Notes under the pieces: generated by a model
Told to the model about the DNA's origin: nothing
Databases searched by the model: none
The model's input: only the letters and a program-made list of their open reading frames with translations
Position numbers and translations under genes: made by a program
In this document: one piece after another, positions 1 through 13,574 of the stretch
Layout of the letters: the number at the start of each line of letters is the position of its first letter
Numbering within the stretch: position 1 is the stretch's first letter
Source: Lytechinus pictus
Lineage: Eukaryota
Direction: 5' to 3'
Length of the DNA: 64,000 bases
Assembly (NCBI RefSeq): GCF_037042905.1
Contig: NC_087250.1
Coordinates: 19,408,001-19,472,000, forward strand

Positions 1-519
1 GCCCATGCACTACTACTTCTTTCTTATCTCATTATGATCTCTCAGTTCCATATCCCCTCTCTCTCTCACTCTTTCTACGAGGACTCTTTTATCGTATATG
101 CATATCTTCCTTCGATTTCCTCCCCCCCCCCCTCTCTCTCTCTTTCCCTCTCCTGACTGCTGTTCCTTTATAGTTAATTCCCCTCTTTTCTCTCAAACCC
201 CCTTTCTGTCTCAACATCTTTGCCCCCCCCCCCCATCGGCTTCTCTCCCATTCGTAAATTTCATTCAATTATTCTACCCCTTTCAATATCTCCAACATGC
301 TTCTATACTCCTCAATGTGCCATACACACCTTGAGAGAGAGAAAAAAAACCCTCAAGAGATAAATGGGCAGAAATAGCATGGGTCAAAGAAAGAAGCATT
401 AATGGTTCAAGATTATGGGATTCACAGAATTTAATGCATATGTAGAGTAAATACATGATTATAGTGTAGTAACATATTTATAATGGCAGTTAAAAGGAGG
501 GTAATCCTTGTGACTTGGC

Positions 520-1875
520 CTTATAAAAATTTTGGCTCGCGACTTGCACTCGCATAAACGGTTAAAAATATTACCTGATACATCATATTCATAATTACAA
601 AAGTGCTTGAAATTTCCAGTTTTCATACCATGTTATCATCAGATTTCGCGTCTCATTAGGCATTTATAGATCAGATATTAATTGTAATGGTTAAATATTA
701 TTGTCCTTTCTGTTTCATCTCGCGCTTAGCAAGAGGAATAGGAAGATATCCATCACTTTCATGTCCCGGTCCTTTGTCAAATCCATCAGCTCTTTATTAA
801 GTGCGATCCAAATCCACCTCACAAAGTACTTGAGCTGAAATTGACCCCTTTTTCAGATCAGAATGTCAAATATTTTAAGGTCGCGCTTCGCGCTCGCTTT
901 GATTTTCAATTTCATGTTAAAATATATATTCAGAATTCCTAGATTGTAGGCCTAAATTGGAAACACGCGAGCGCATGTCTATCTAGATACTCAACTTGTT
1001 AGTATTTCAATCATTATCCAGTTTCTGAAAAACAAAATTCTGCTAGCGCTTTGTGCTCGCATTTTTTATGTAGGAAGAACCCCTATTACTCATCCTTATT
1101 ATACAAAACATGAATAGAGTGTCCCATTTTTTAAGGTCTAAATCTCGATTTTTTCCCGCTCGCGCTTCGCGCTCGCATTAATTGTTTTATAGCGACGATC
1201 CTGTTCATGGTCACAATAATTGATTAAAATTTTCCATTCTTTATGTAGAAGTGTAAAAAAAAATCGGCTCGCGCTTGCATTATTTTATTGTTGAAATATG
1301 TAACGTCTCCATGGCTAAGTGAAATAAGCAGTCCTTAACAGGTACCTTTTTGATCAGTTCAAAACGTATACAAAAATATTATGCTCGCGCTTTGTGCGAG
1401 CATTATTAAAGTAACAAAGATCGGCAATTTGACATCCTTTCCATGATGATTTAAAAGACATGACTAGACATGTCTCGTTTTTAGGTCTAAATCTTCCAAT
1501 TTTGTGCTCGCGCTTCGCATCAATTGCCAAGTTATATACCTATCCTGTTTAAGTTACAAAAAGTGCCTATGATTTCAATTCTGTTCGCACTTCGCGTTTT
1601 TAGTAATTATTTAGTTGCATACACATCTTTTTCATGATAAACATTGCCCAGAAATTTCAAACTTTGGGGAAAAACATAATTTTTTAAAATAAATTAGCTC
1701 GCATTATATAAAAAGGTTATGATATCATATATTTATGTTGATTTATAAGACAAAAGCTAAGAAGTGACAATTTCTTCATAGAAACAAATATAAATCATAT
1801 TCGCGCGGCCGATTGGGGAAAAATAATGGTGAAAAAAAATTTGCCCCCCCCCCCTTTGGCTGGATCCACCCCTTC
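520..1875. repeat. Degenerate interspersed repeat with periodic GCTCGCGCTTCGCGCTCGC motifs
   Basis: Motif recurs throughout; same family as 41509-42819 in the opposite orientation. Confidence 0.7.
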
Positions 1876-2739
1876 ATCCTATTTATTTCTCTCCTTCCGT
1901 CCATCTCTCCATTCTTCCAGGAGCCGCGGAATAGTTTTGAAAAATGTTTTTTTTTATATTTCTACCAATAAAATTATTAATGAAAATAATGCGGTACAAA
2001 AATCAATGTCATTCTTCTTCCTGTTTTAAACTATATATACGTGTACAAAAAACGCACCACCAGCTAAAAAAAAAAAAAAAACCTGGGGGTCACAACCCGA
2101 GCACCCCACTTCCCAGGGCCATATACAAGGATTCTAATTTATTAATTTTAAAGAAAGCATGAGACATCATTTGTTGAAAAAAAAATTAAAGAGACCTATT
2201 AATGACTGCATGTGGTCCTACCGGTACGCTAGATCTGCGCACAAAACTGCTTTCATATGACACGCAAAAGGGATGAATCTTAGTGGAAAAGTGGAATAAA
2301 GCAAACAGGATTTAGAAACTGCCTTCGTTGGCGTTCAATAATATGGGTGGTATGATACAAATTCTGCTAGCTTATTCGTACTATTATTTTTGGCCATTGT
2401 ACTTAGATCAAAATTTTAATGTGGAAACATTTTTTTTTTTTTTTAATGATACAAATCGAGCGAGGCAAGGACAATGATATGGGGCAGAGTTCCAAGTCTT
2501 CATGCCCCAGACTGAATATATTTTGACATCAACTTACTCTAAAAACAAGTGTTTATGTTTTATTTTGTATTATTCATTTTTTAAATATAAGGTAAAATTA
2601 TAAGTCTCGGAGTGTCAGTTAATGCTGCAAAAGATGTATAAGGCCTACTCTTTTGCAGCACTATCCAGCTACCGCGGCGAGGACGCCCTCCGAGAAGGTA
2701 GCCATATCAAAACTAAAAACAAAAAATTCCCCTTAGATT

Positions 2740-3420
2740 ACTGGTGGATCCAAGGGGCATAATTATCGAGAGCCAAAATTGTAATTTGTAATATAAGCAT
2801 GCCCTTTTTACCCAAGCATGCCCCCTTGAAAGTGAGGATATATATATATATATATGCCCTATTTTTTTGCTTGTCAATTTTTAGGGACGAAATGACTTTC
2901 AATTTTTGGTAAAAAAATATTTTGTAATGCTCATCAAATTCGCATCGGGAAAATGTGACCTCCATAGGCCCTGTCCCCCCTAAATTTGAGGTGGGGACCA
3001 TTGGCAGCGGAAATCAAAAATTTAGGGAGGGGGACCACCAAAATTTTGTGACAAGCCCCCTCCCCAAAAAAAGTTTATCAACCCAAATTTTAGGGGAGAC
3101 CACATGAATTTTTTAGGGGGGTCCACTGGAATTTAGGGGGCACGCAGGAAAAAAAATTGAACGGCAAAAAAATAGGTTATCAACAAAAAAATTAGGGGGG
3201 GGGGACGATCGTCCCCCCACCTCAAATTTAGGGGGGGGCACGACCCCCCCCCGCTGCCTATGGGGGATGTTGTTAGCTTTTTTGGGGGCTAAATTTTTTT
3301 TTCGGCCCCCCCCCCTTTGATAACCTTTTTTTGTCAAAAATTTTGGTGCCCCCCTAAATTTTTTGACTGCCGCCGCTAAAAGTGCCCCCCCCCCCCCTTT
3401 GGAAATCCTGGACCCTCCCT
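2740..3420. repeat. Cluster of poly-G/poly-C short MITE-like repeats
   Basis: GGATCCAAGGGG, CCCCCCTAAATTT and GGAAATCCTGGA motifs; related copy at ~14918-15015. Confidence 0.5.
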
Positions 3421-4552
3421 TAATTGCCTAGATATAGATGTTTAAATAATTAATTATTTTGAAAGTCAGAGTGCCCTCGCCCCCCCCCCCCATGCTTTAG
3501 TTATCATGGCATAAAACTTATGTCATATCTAATCCTTATATCAGCAAGAGGTCAGAGCATACTATCCGTCACCAAACGACTGCATTTGAGCCATTAATTT
3601 TCCCTTTTCTCTTCTTTCTATTATTTTCTTGTTATTTAATCATTGTTTATTTGTATAAGCTCGGATCCGAGACTAACTGATACGGTGAACGCACTTTCGT
3701 TCGAGTTGTGTATTTGCGTAATAATAGACCGAGGCGAGAAAGGACACGCCCACAATCCCTCGTTCAGTGCCGAGCTCTGTGCGTACGTGTCGACCAAATT
3801 TCAAAGAGAAAATTTGTACACAAATCTGTCACAATTCGGACCTAATTTCGCCTCAGATTAACAGATATTTAGATCTCTTTGGAACACTAAAAGTCATTCA
3901 CTTGGGGTTTTTGAATATGCTGATTCAGGTGAGGTACTTTTCAATGCTTTTAAACATAGATTTAAAAAATTAGATTTTCGTTTTGGGATCCCTACCAGGA
4001 GGATAGAATCATCCTTCAACAAATTAAAAAAATGGAATGTACCTACCAAGATTTATCATCATCTCATAGTTTTCTTTGACATTCTTGATACATGTTCTCT
4101 CATAAACGCTGATCTTTGCCCATTCCTTGGCTGTAAAGTAAACCTGGACATCTGAATATTGATCCATCTCTGGAAGGGACATGGTGACTTACTTCCAACC
4201 CAACGGCACAAAGACTTTCCTGTGATATGCATCAAATAGTAGAAATAAAATTTGCATTTAAAAGTAGAAATAATTGTGAAAGTTTAATTAAAGCTAAATG
4301 AACGTAGTTGCAGTAAAACACTGATTTTGTGAGAAAGTCTGTAAAACCAAGGTAAAGTATTATATCATCGTGGATCTAGATCTGGTACAGTTACATAAAC
4401 TGAACTTTGTGAAATCATAATATCTAGCTAAAAACGATCACACTGAAGATCGCCAACACAGATAGGCACACGTGGGACAGTGTATTATTATTGCTGGAAT
4501 AAAGACCCGACGGAAGTGACCGAATCCGCGCTTATTTTGCTTATTTCTCAGC

Positions 4553-5862
4553 AATAAGCCTGTTCACGGTTGTAAACTGTGCACGAGCAGAAAAAGGTCA
4601 TTGGAGACAACCATGAAGGTGGCTTTCAAATTCACTGACATAGGCATTTGTGATTTGATGATTATTCATGTATTCCTTTCATAATATTTATCACATCCAA
4701 GCTGAAGAGTAATAAATAGAGCCTTCACAATCACTGGTATTTGACAGTAGCCTAAACAATAGTCAAATGTGCCAAAGGCAGACAATAAAACAGATTTCCA
4801 AACTTTATCCCTGATGTACTATTCTTGTCACCTGGTCTATACAATGCCTTTTGTTCTTAGAATTTAAATACTCTACGTAGAGCTTACGCAACATCTACAT
4901 TTCAGAATGATAGTGCTTATCCTAATGAAAAATCACAAACGTCATTTGAGAAAAGTTGATCATGAGCTAACCGTGAACTGGCTTATACATCAGAATGACA
5001 TCTCTAAGCACTTTACAGATAAATTATTACCCAAGCCATCAGATCCTGGCATGCCAGCACACAATATCTACACATTCTCCACTCACTGGGGAGCATTCCA
5101 ACAAGAGTTCTAAGATTCAATTGTTAGATATACTACTTAGATTTTTGCATCCTACTCATTTAACACCTGGGTTGAGAGTGGCAAAATGTGGATTGATGCC
5201 TTGCCACAGGACGATAGGCCAAAGTGGGATTCAAACACGCAACCCTCTGTAACATGGCGAGAGTCAGTACTGGTACTCCAAGACTATTTACATATGATGT
5301 GTATGGTATGGATACATAATAATAATATCTTGCTTTGAAATCTGCCTATCATAATGAAAGAAATGAAAGGTCATTTGAGAAAAGTTGATCATGAGCTAAC
5401 CGTGAACTGGCTTATAGACCAGTTCGTAGTTACCTCATGGACAATTTTGGTCAAATGACCTTTCATTTCTTTCATTATGATAGGCAGATTTCAAAGCAAG
5501 ATATTACATAAGCTTGCCTTACATAGCAGGATGAAGAAATTGAATAGACTAGATGACTAGAATAGCACACCAATGAACACTTTATGAAGGTATTTGTTGC
5601 ATTCCTACTTTGAATGCATATCATAGCATGTTGCACAATGTACTTGGCAAAGTGTGAAATACCAGTCGTTCGTGGACGCATTGTTGTTTTTTGATGTAAA
5701 TGAAAACCACAATTCAAAAGAATATATGAATAATCAAGACATCAAAGTTGGTGCTTATCTCATTAGATTTTAAACCACCATGTCCCTTTAGTACAAATGA
5801 TCTTCCTCTGATCATGCGTAGAATCTTTTGATCATGCGCAGAAAGGAACTACGAACTGGCAT
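4553..5862. mobile_element. Two adjacent related short-TIR MITEs
   Basis: TAAGCCTGTTCACGGTT...AACCGTGAACTGGCTTA (4553-5416; right end duplicated at ~4940-4987) and CCAGTTCGTAGTT...AACTACGAACTGG (5417-5862). Confidence 0.55.
5030..5280. mobile_element. SINE-like fragment
   Basis: TACTCATTTAACACCTGGGTTGAGAGTGGC...GCCTTGCC...GGGATTCAAAC pattern, typical of SINE bodies; family not identified. Confidence 0.45.
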
Positions 5863-5936
5863 ATTACAAAATTTCTTCCAGAATCCTTCGGCACATATTT
5901 TTATTCATACAAACAGACACTTTGGTGATCATTATA

Positions 5937-7701
5937 CAGTGCATCCCCCCAAAAAATATACACTTTTGAAATGGCTGCCAAATAAAAAATGTAGCACTTT
6001 GGGGGAAGAGACTTATAGATATGGAAAGCCAATAAAGTCAACTTTCAAATGACACCAAAAAGTTGGAAAACTATTCATGCTTGAGCGAGCACTGCCCACT
6101 GAAACAAAGGGTATGAAAATTAGGGTGGGCCGGAATTAGCCTTCCAATTTCTTTCAGGTTTTTTTTGTTTGGTACTTGCAAAGTTGAGGGTTATTTGGTG
6201 AATTAAAGATCAGTTGTGATCAGTTTGTTGTTTGTGAAAATTTTTGCGTTATTAAATTTAAATTTAATGCATGAGTGATCTTGAATAGCAATTTTTAGTG
6301 CAGCATTTTGTCATTATTATGTGGATCTCAACAATGTGTTCATGACAGTCAGAAGAGGGGGTAATATGACTTAGGTAGGTGAAGTATACTTACGTTGATG
6401 GGATAAAGGTCAACAGAACATTTAGCACCCCTCTCTCATCTCACCCCCCCCCCCCACGCTTCTCTCCTCCTGAGAGACTATAAGCTCGGCTAGGCTAGGC
6501 AGGAATTAGCCTTAAAGTTTTGTTTTAGTGGTTAGTCCTTTGGAACTTGCTAAGCTAAATTAATAAGTGAGATAAGTTTTGGTTTCTTAGGCAAATTTTA
6601 TGAGTTACTAAATTGAAATGTAATGCATGAGTGAACAGGAATTGTAATTTTAGTGTAGCATATTCATCTTGTGGACCTCAGAAATGTGATCGTGAGAGTC
6701 AGAGTAATGTGATGGTACCTGGGGCATTCCTCTTCTTTTTGTCCTTTTACAAATTAAAAGTCATATGTACCCTCCCCTCTCCACCTCCATTTCCCAGCCC
6801 CCCTCTCCCTCTCTCTGTCTCACTTCGTGGATTGTAGCCTATTCAAAATTTAACTGCCACTAAAATGACCGGTGGCTGATGGTCAGTTTTTCTATTGAAT
6901 GATTACCAAGAAATTTAATGATTAGGAGGATTAATGAAATAATTTATTGAAAAAAATGAATGTTTGATTGATCACATTGCACATTGAATGAGTTGATTTA
7001 CTGATAAATTATTGATTAAATGATTGATACGAAAAAGTTGATGCCCCAATTCAGAATTAATCATTAAATCAACATTCTGCTCTGGACTTCACGCGTACAT
7101 GACAATAGCAATCAGTCTCTCAACAGGAGGGGAGGGCGGGAAAGAGGGAGGGGGCGGGGCTGAATGTTTTGTTGACCCTTATTCCATCAACCTACTTCTC
7201 CCACTTAAGTCCTATCTCACCCCCTATTCTCCCGACTCCCATGAACACATTGCTGAGATCCACATGATAAAGTTGAAATGCCACCCAAAAAGAGATCTAA
7301 ATGATAAACTTGAAATGCTGCCCAAAAAGTGTAATTTGTGTTCACTCATGCATTAAAGTTCAATTTCATAATTCTTTTTTTATGAAATTTGCTTAAGCAA
7401 CCAAAACTGGTTACGGTTGATCATTAATTTATCACAACGCCCTTAACTTAACATGTTCAAAAGGATTTGCCTCTCAAAAACTGACATAAATTGGAAGGCT
7501 AATTCAAGCCCACCCTAATTTTCATAACCTTTGTTTCAGTGGGCAGTGCTCGCTTAAGCATGAATAATTTTCCAACTTTTTGGTGTCATTTTAAATTTGA
7601 CTTTATTGGCTTTCCATATCTATAAGTCTTTTCCCCCAAAGTGCTACATTTTTTATTTGGCAGCCATTTCAAAAGTGTATAGTTATTTTGGGGACGCACT
7701 G
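5937..7701. mobile_element. Tc1/mariner-like non-autonomous element
   Basis: TA-CAGTG...CACTG-TA with ~210-bp TIRs; explains the twin ORFs 5828-6052 and 7586-7915. Confidence 0.85.
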
Positions 7702-7759
7702 TATTAAATTCTGTAAAAAAGTCATTTTGAGATCGTTCCCACAACTGGAATTTATCTTT

Positions 7760-9290
7760 AAATAAAATATTATAAATTGTGAAAGTTTGCACTAAATAGT
7801 CGAAATAATTGTGAATGTTTCTATCAAACAAGTGGAATGCCTCTGGCCGTCTCACCTGCATCACGCGATTCAATATAGCAGCAGTGCTGATTTTGAAAAC
7901 TACTATAACTCGCACAAGATGTTCAGTGATACTTGGTTACTCTTATTTCCACGTTTTATGAACTAGACCAATACACTTATAGAGATATGATGGCAATTCA
8001 ACAAATACCCCCAACGTGGCCAAAGTTCTTTGACCTTACATGACCTTTGACCTTGATCATGTGACCTGAAACTCGCACAGGATGTTCAGTGATACTTGAT
8101 TACTATTATGTCCAAGTTTTATGAACTAGACCAACACACTTTCAAATTTATGGCTGTAATTCAACAAATACCCCAATTTGGCCAAAGTTCATTGCCCCTA
8201 AATGACCTTTGACCTTGATCATGTGACCTGAAACTTGCACAGGATGTTCAGTAATACTTGATTACTATTATGTCTAAGTTTCATGAATCAGATCCATAAA
8301 CTTTCAAAGTTATGATGGTAATTCAACAGATACCCCCAATTCGGCCAAAGTTCATTGACCCTAAATGACCTTTGACCTTGGTCATGTGATGTGAAACTCA
8401 TGCAGGATGTTCAGTGATACTTGATTAACCTTATGTATAAGTTTCATGAACTAGGTCCATATATTTTCTAAGTTATGATGACATTTCAAAAACTTAACCT
8501 TAGGTTAAGATTTTGATGTTGATTCCCCCAACATGGTCTAAGTTCATTGACCCTAAATGACCTTTGACCTTGGTCATGTGACATGAAACTCGGGCAGGAT
8601 GTTCAGTAATACTTGATTAACCTTATGGCCAAGTTTCATGAACTAGGTCCATATACTTTCTAAGTTATGCTGTCATTTCAAAAACTTAACCTCAGGTTAA
8701 GATTTGGTGTTGACGCCGCCGCCGCCGTCGCCGTCGGAAAAGCGGCGCCTATAGTCTCACTCTGCTATGCAGGTGAGACAAAAATAGAAATTGTGAAAGT
8801 TTGCATCGGAGGTTAGGAATAAGTGTGAAAATTCACACCAAATACATTAGAAATAAGTATGAAAGTCTGCATCAAAAAGTAGAAATAATTGTGAAATATA
8901 GCATCAATAGTAGAAATAATTGTGAAAAATTGCATCAAATAGAGTTTGTCAAATTTTGCATCAAGAAATACTCATAAAAGTTTGCATCAAAGAGTACAAA
9001 TGATTAAAAAATTTTGAAAGTTTGAATCTAATACATAGCAGAAATAATTGTGAAAGTTTGCATCAAATCTAAATATAAGAAGACTTCATGTATTAAATTG
9101 AGATGACCTTGGCCTAAAAAAATATAGATTGTCAAATTTTGCATCAACAAATACTTGTGAAAGTTTGCATCAAAGAGTACATAATTCAAAAATTGTGAAA
9201 GTTTGCATCTGATACACTGTAGAAGAAATAATTGTGAAAGTTTGCATCAAGAAGACTTAATGGATTCAATTGAGATGGTCTTGGCCTAAG
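7760..9290. repeat. ~31-bp minisatellite (AGTAGAAATAATTGTGAAAGTTTGCATCAA)
   Basis: Units at 4228-4287, 7760-7825 and 8785-9290, separated by nested elements. Confidence 0.75.
7826..8784 (-). mobile_element. Helentron/HINE-like non-autonomous element with internal ~160-bp TGACCTTTGACCT repeats
   Basis: Subterminal inverted repeat GTCTCACCTGCAT/ATGCAGGTGAGAC, terminal hairpin, (GCC)n tract, inserted in an A run with no TSD. Confidence 0.7.
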
Positions 9291-11661
9291 AAAAAAATCA
9301 GATTTTTGTTTCAAAATAAATTATGGATTTTCAATTTTTCTTTCTCTCTACCTCTTTGAAAGACTTTGATGCTCGAAGTAGGTTAAGCGTACAATCGTGT
9401 ATGATCAAAGAGGATAGGAAATACAGGATCTCTCAGTCTCAACATCAAGAATCTCTCCATTTCAATCTGTTTTTGTTGGACATACATACAGTACATTACA
9501 TGTAGGGTTGGAAACTTTCCAGAAATTTTAGTGTAATTTACACTATCTTTCATTTTTCTTTATGGGTCAATCCATGTCAAATCAACCAATGCTTGTCACC
9601 CGACCCTCTTCGATTTTCTTTAAACTCGCACCAAATGTTGCCCCAAGTGTGTGACGGAAAAATCTGAAATATTTTGCCCCAAGGTCAAATGGTTGCTAAG
9701 ATACGGCCTCCCATAGCAACCAATGCGCACACAAAGAAATTATTTTAAATAAAATTGCCTATTTTTGATTGACTACTGCAGCAAAGTTTGATTGATTAAA
9801 TTGGAAGAACTTTTTGGTCTAAACATGTAAGAGTATTCTGTAGCGCGGACCTGTCAACCGGATTTCGCACATGAGGTCACCGAAAATGGCGTTAAGCATC
9901 CGTGTTAATGATTTCAGAAGCATGTTTGGAGGCTCATAAATCCAAAACTAAATTAGCTTAGAACCAAATATTATTATGCACATTTATGGACTGTCATATA
10001 CTCAACAAAATTACAAAAAATTGACCCAAGAGTGTGTGTCGTTTTCCTGTAGGGCGCCCTCAAAGTTTGATTTTTTTCAAAAGATGCCAAGTTCAAGGTC
10101 ACAGATCACCTCCTGTCCCATCGAGGAGGGAGACCAATTTCTGTGTTTTTATAGACATTTACCCATATTTTCAAGTGTTACTTAAGAAATTTTGCTACCG
10201 GAATGTTTAGGGGCTGATTTGCGCATTCCAAAATGGTCGTAAACACCCTAAAATTGATGTTAATGACACATACTACATAGCCTACATGCTTTTCAACACT
10301 TTTCAAATTGTGATAACTCAAAGATGAAGAGCCAAAAGACATTGATATCTTCTGTGATGATAGTCTGGGCAAAATCGTGATATAGGCCCCGCTCGAGAAA
10401 AACTTGTAATCGATTATACTACCTCAATATCTAGGTTGCTAACTTCAACTCACTATATATACTCGTGATATAGGCCCCGCTGCTGTGTTGAATGGCTTTG
10501 AATGTCCGTTTGCGGGGCCTGTTTCACGAGTATAGTACTATAACCGTTATATAGACCCCGCACTACGGCACTTCAGGCACTCCAACACAGTAGCGGGGCC
10601 TATATCACGAGTATATATTAAGCTTGCATCCTAAGATAGTCGCGAAACTGGCCCCGTCCAATGCGCTTTTCACAGCATTCGCACGTGTGTGGGGCTCGGA
10701 TGACGGCTATTAGTATACTCGTTATCGAGGCCCCTTGCACTGTTATATAATGGAAAATAACGTGGTCGTGGGGCTTGTTTCCCCGGCCGGTGAGAATTAT
10801 CATGGGCGGCGCTGTAGGGGGCCGGGGGAGGCTCCAATTTATTTTCCAAATAAACAAGGAAAGAATATCATGGGTGGCGCTGTAAGGGGCGGGGGGGGGG
10901 GGGGCTCCTTATTTTCCAAATGAACAATTAAGGAGAGATAAGGATTTACTTCTTCAGAAATTTATTTGTGGATATTTATTCATTAATCATTTGATTTATT
11001 TGTTTTCATTTTTTTTTCTTTTGTGATGTAGAGAGTCAGAGGTATCATTCGTTTTTAATTATTTTTATGTGTAAAATTTCATTTATTTATTTATCAATCT
11101 ATATATTTAAATTGATTAATTAATGTATTTATATTTATTCATTAATAATTTAATTCATTTTTTTTTCTTCTTCTTTTGTTATAGAGAGAGTCAGAGTTAT
11201 TCGTTTTTAATTCTTTTTATTTGTGGAAGTTCATTTAATTTATTTATCAATCTATTTTAATTGATTAATTAATGTAGGCCTATTTGTATTTATTTATTGA
11301 TCATTTAATTAATTTGTTTTCAGTTTTTTTTAATTTTGTGATATAGGGAGTCAGAGCTAGGTATCATTAGTTTTTAATTCTTTTAATGTGTGGAAGTTCA
11401 TTTAATTATTTATCAATCTATTTTAATTGTTTTATTAATGTATTTATATTTATTTATTAATCATTTAATTTATTTGTTTTCAGTTTTTTTATGTGATAAA
11501 GAGCGTCAGAGGTATCATTCGTTTTTAATTCTTTTTATGTGTGGAAGTTCATTTATTTATTTATTATCTATTTATTCATTTATTATATTTTCATCTCTTT
11601 GTTATCTGAGGTCTTATGTTGATACAGGGTCATACATTTCATTTATTTTTCATTTATTTAA

Positions 11662-12209
11662 AGGTCAAGTTCACCCCAGAAAAAAATGTTGATTTGAATA
11701 AATAGAGAAATATTAAACTAGCATAACGCTGGAAATTTCATCTAAATCGGATGTAAAATAAGAAAGTTGTGATATTCTAAAGTTTCGCTTATTTTTCACA
11801 AAAAAAGTGCACAACTCATTTGGATGCAAATGATACAGTTCCGGACTCGCTTTTTTTTTATTGTTTGAATTATACAATATTTCATTTTTCACAGATTTTA
11901 CAATAAGGGCCAACGTGAATGAACCATATGTTCAGGGAGGAATTGTTTCACTTGACAATGAGAAGAAATTGGAAAATATATTTCATATAATACAATACTA
12001 AAGAAATAGTGAGTGGATGGCGTCATCAGTTTCCTCATTTGCATACCGACCTGGATGTGCATATATAACTATTATTTTAAATTAAACTAAACTTCAAAAT
12101 GTTATAACTTTCTTATTTTATCTGACTTTGATGAAATTTTTAGCGTTATGATCGTTCGATTTTCCTCTTTTTATTCAAATCAACTTTTTTGTTGGGGCGG
12201 ACTTGTCCT
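11662..12209. mobile_element. Kolobok-like MITE
   Basis: TTAA-flanked AGG...CCT termini with long imperfect TIRs. Confidence 0.75.
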
Positions 12210-13509
12210 TTAAATTAAACAATTGATATATTTGTTTGTATTAAACTTTTTTGTTTTATTTGATGTTAGACCATTGCAACCATTATCGTTAATTTATCTT
12301 TTTTTGCTTATGGATTTGATCTCTCTGTGTACCATATATTATTATACAAAATATATTTTGTTACCTCATTGAAGCCAATACGCGAAACGTTAGAAAGAGA
12401 GAGAGAGAAAGAGAGATGGCCTAATGCGCATTACTATTTCAAGTTCTCCTTCGTATTGTTTCACTTACTTATTCATTTCCTGGTTTATTCATATATTCAT
12501 TTATTCGTTCATATTTGCACTGTTTTGGGAAAAGATGTTGTCTATCAATTGACACGATAGGCCTACCCTTCAAGGGGGCAGTTTACCCTGACGCAAAGTT
12601 GATGATAATCAAAGCAGAAACATAGAAAAAATATTCGTAACCTAAAGGTTTGATGAAAATGTATATTTTTATTGTCACGCATTTCGGTTAAGAAGTTCGA
12701 TATTCTCTGATCAAATATTGCCATTCTCATACTTTAATTAGTGTTTATTATATGAAATAGTACTCTACTCATTTATGTTATGAATGTCTTGCTAAGATAA
12801 ATTGTGAATGTCACTTTCACTTGCCCAGTAACCTACACAATCAAGGTATTAATGGATAATTTGTTTTTCTGTTCCAATCATGTAGAAGCGAAAACGGAAA
12901 TCAGCCCCCTTAGTTTGGTTTTTGAAAACACAAAAACGAAATCACAACGAGAAAAACGTGTTGTCATTTGGCATTTGTATAAAAAAAAAAAACAGAAAAA
13001 TGAAATTAGAAATACTTTTGTGCTTTATCTGATTTCTCATTCTAAATTTGTGTTTTTATATATAAAAAACAATCTCAGAACATGCCACGAATCGTGATCT
13101 CACTGTCAACTAAGTAATATGTACGATGCAACTGCATGACAAACAGCGCCTGTTGGATGTCGCCTAGCAACAGGATACTATGTGAGTGGTAATTAAACTA
13201 CATGTAAATCAATGTAAAATAGTGATATTTACAGATAAAGTGTTGAACAAGATGTCCCCCCCCTCTCTCTCTCTCTCACTCCTACATGTCAGCAGTGCTT
13301 AAAAACGTACCCTTTTCGTGTCGATATATATCAACAAAATTCTTCTCGAACTTAAATCGCATTCGCATCCTATTTTCAAGTGTGAAAAATTCAGTTCGCG
13401 CTCCTCTTTCATATCTTGTTCATGCGTTACCGTAAAGTCCTTTTTCCATTTTCAGTTTAGTAATTAAATATTGAATAAACGTTTGCTGTTTAGGGTTAAA
13501 GAGAGCTTA

Positions 13510-13574
13510 CCCAGTCAGCAAAGTATCTGGCCCAATATGGTGCCCATATTGGCCCAGATACTTTGCTGACTGGG
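13510..13574. mobile_element. 65-bp palindromic mini-element with CCC...GGG termini
   Basis: 31-bp arms (one mismatch) and a 3-nt loop; TA on both sides. Confidence 0.7.

Larger units (their letters stand above)
4292..7757. mobile_element. Kolobok-like MITE split by nested insertions
   Basis: TTAA-flanked AG...CT ends. Pieces at 4292-4553, ~5865-5934 and 7704-7757 join into the family also seen at ~49950-50292, 57477-57820, 45315-45990 and 46160-46450. Confidence 0.7.

Noticed and set aside
9564..10370. Possible DNA transposon left end (GGGTCAATCCATGTCAAATC)
   Set aside because: No matching right end found in the window.
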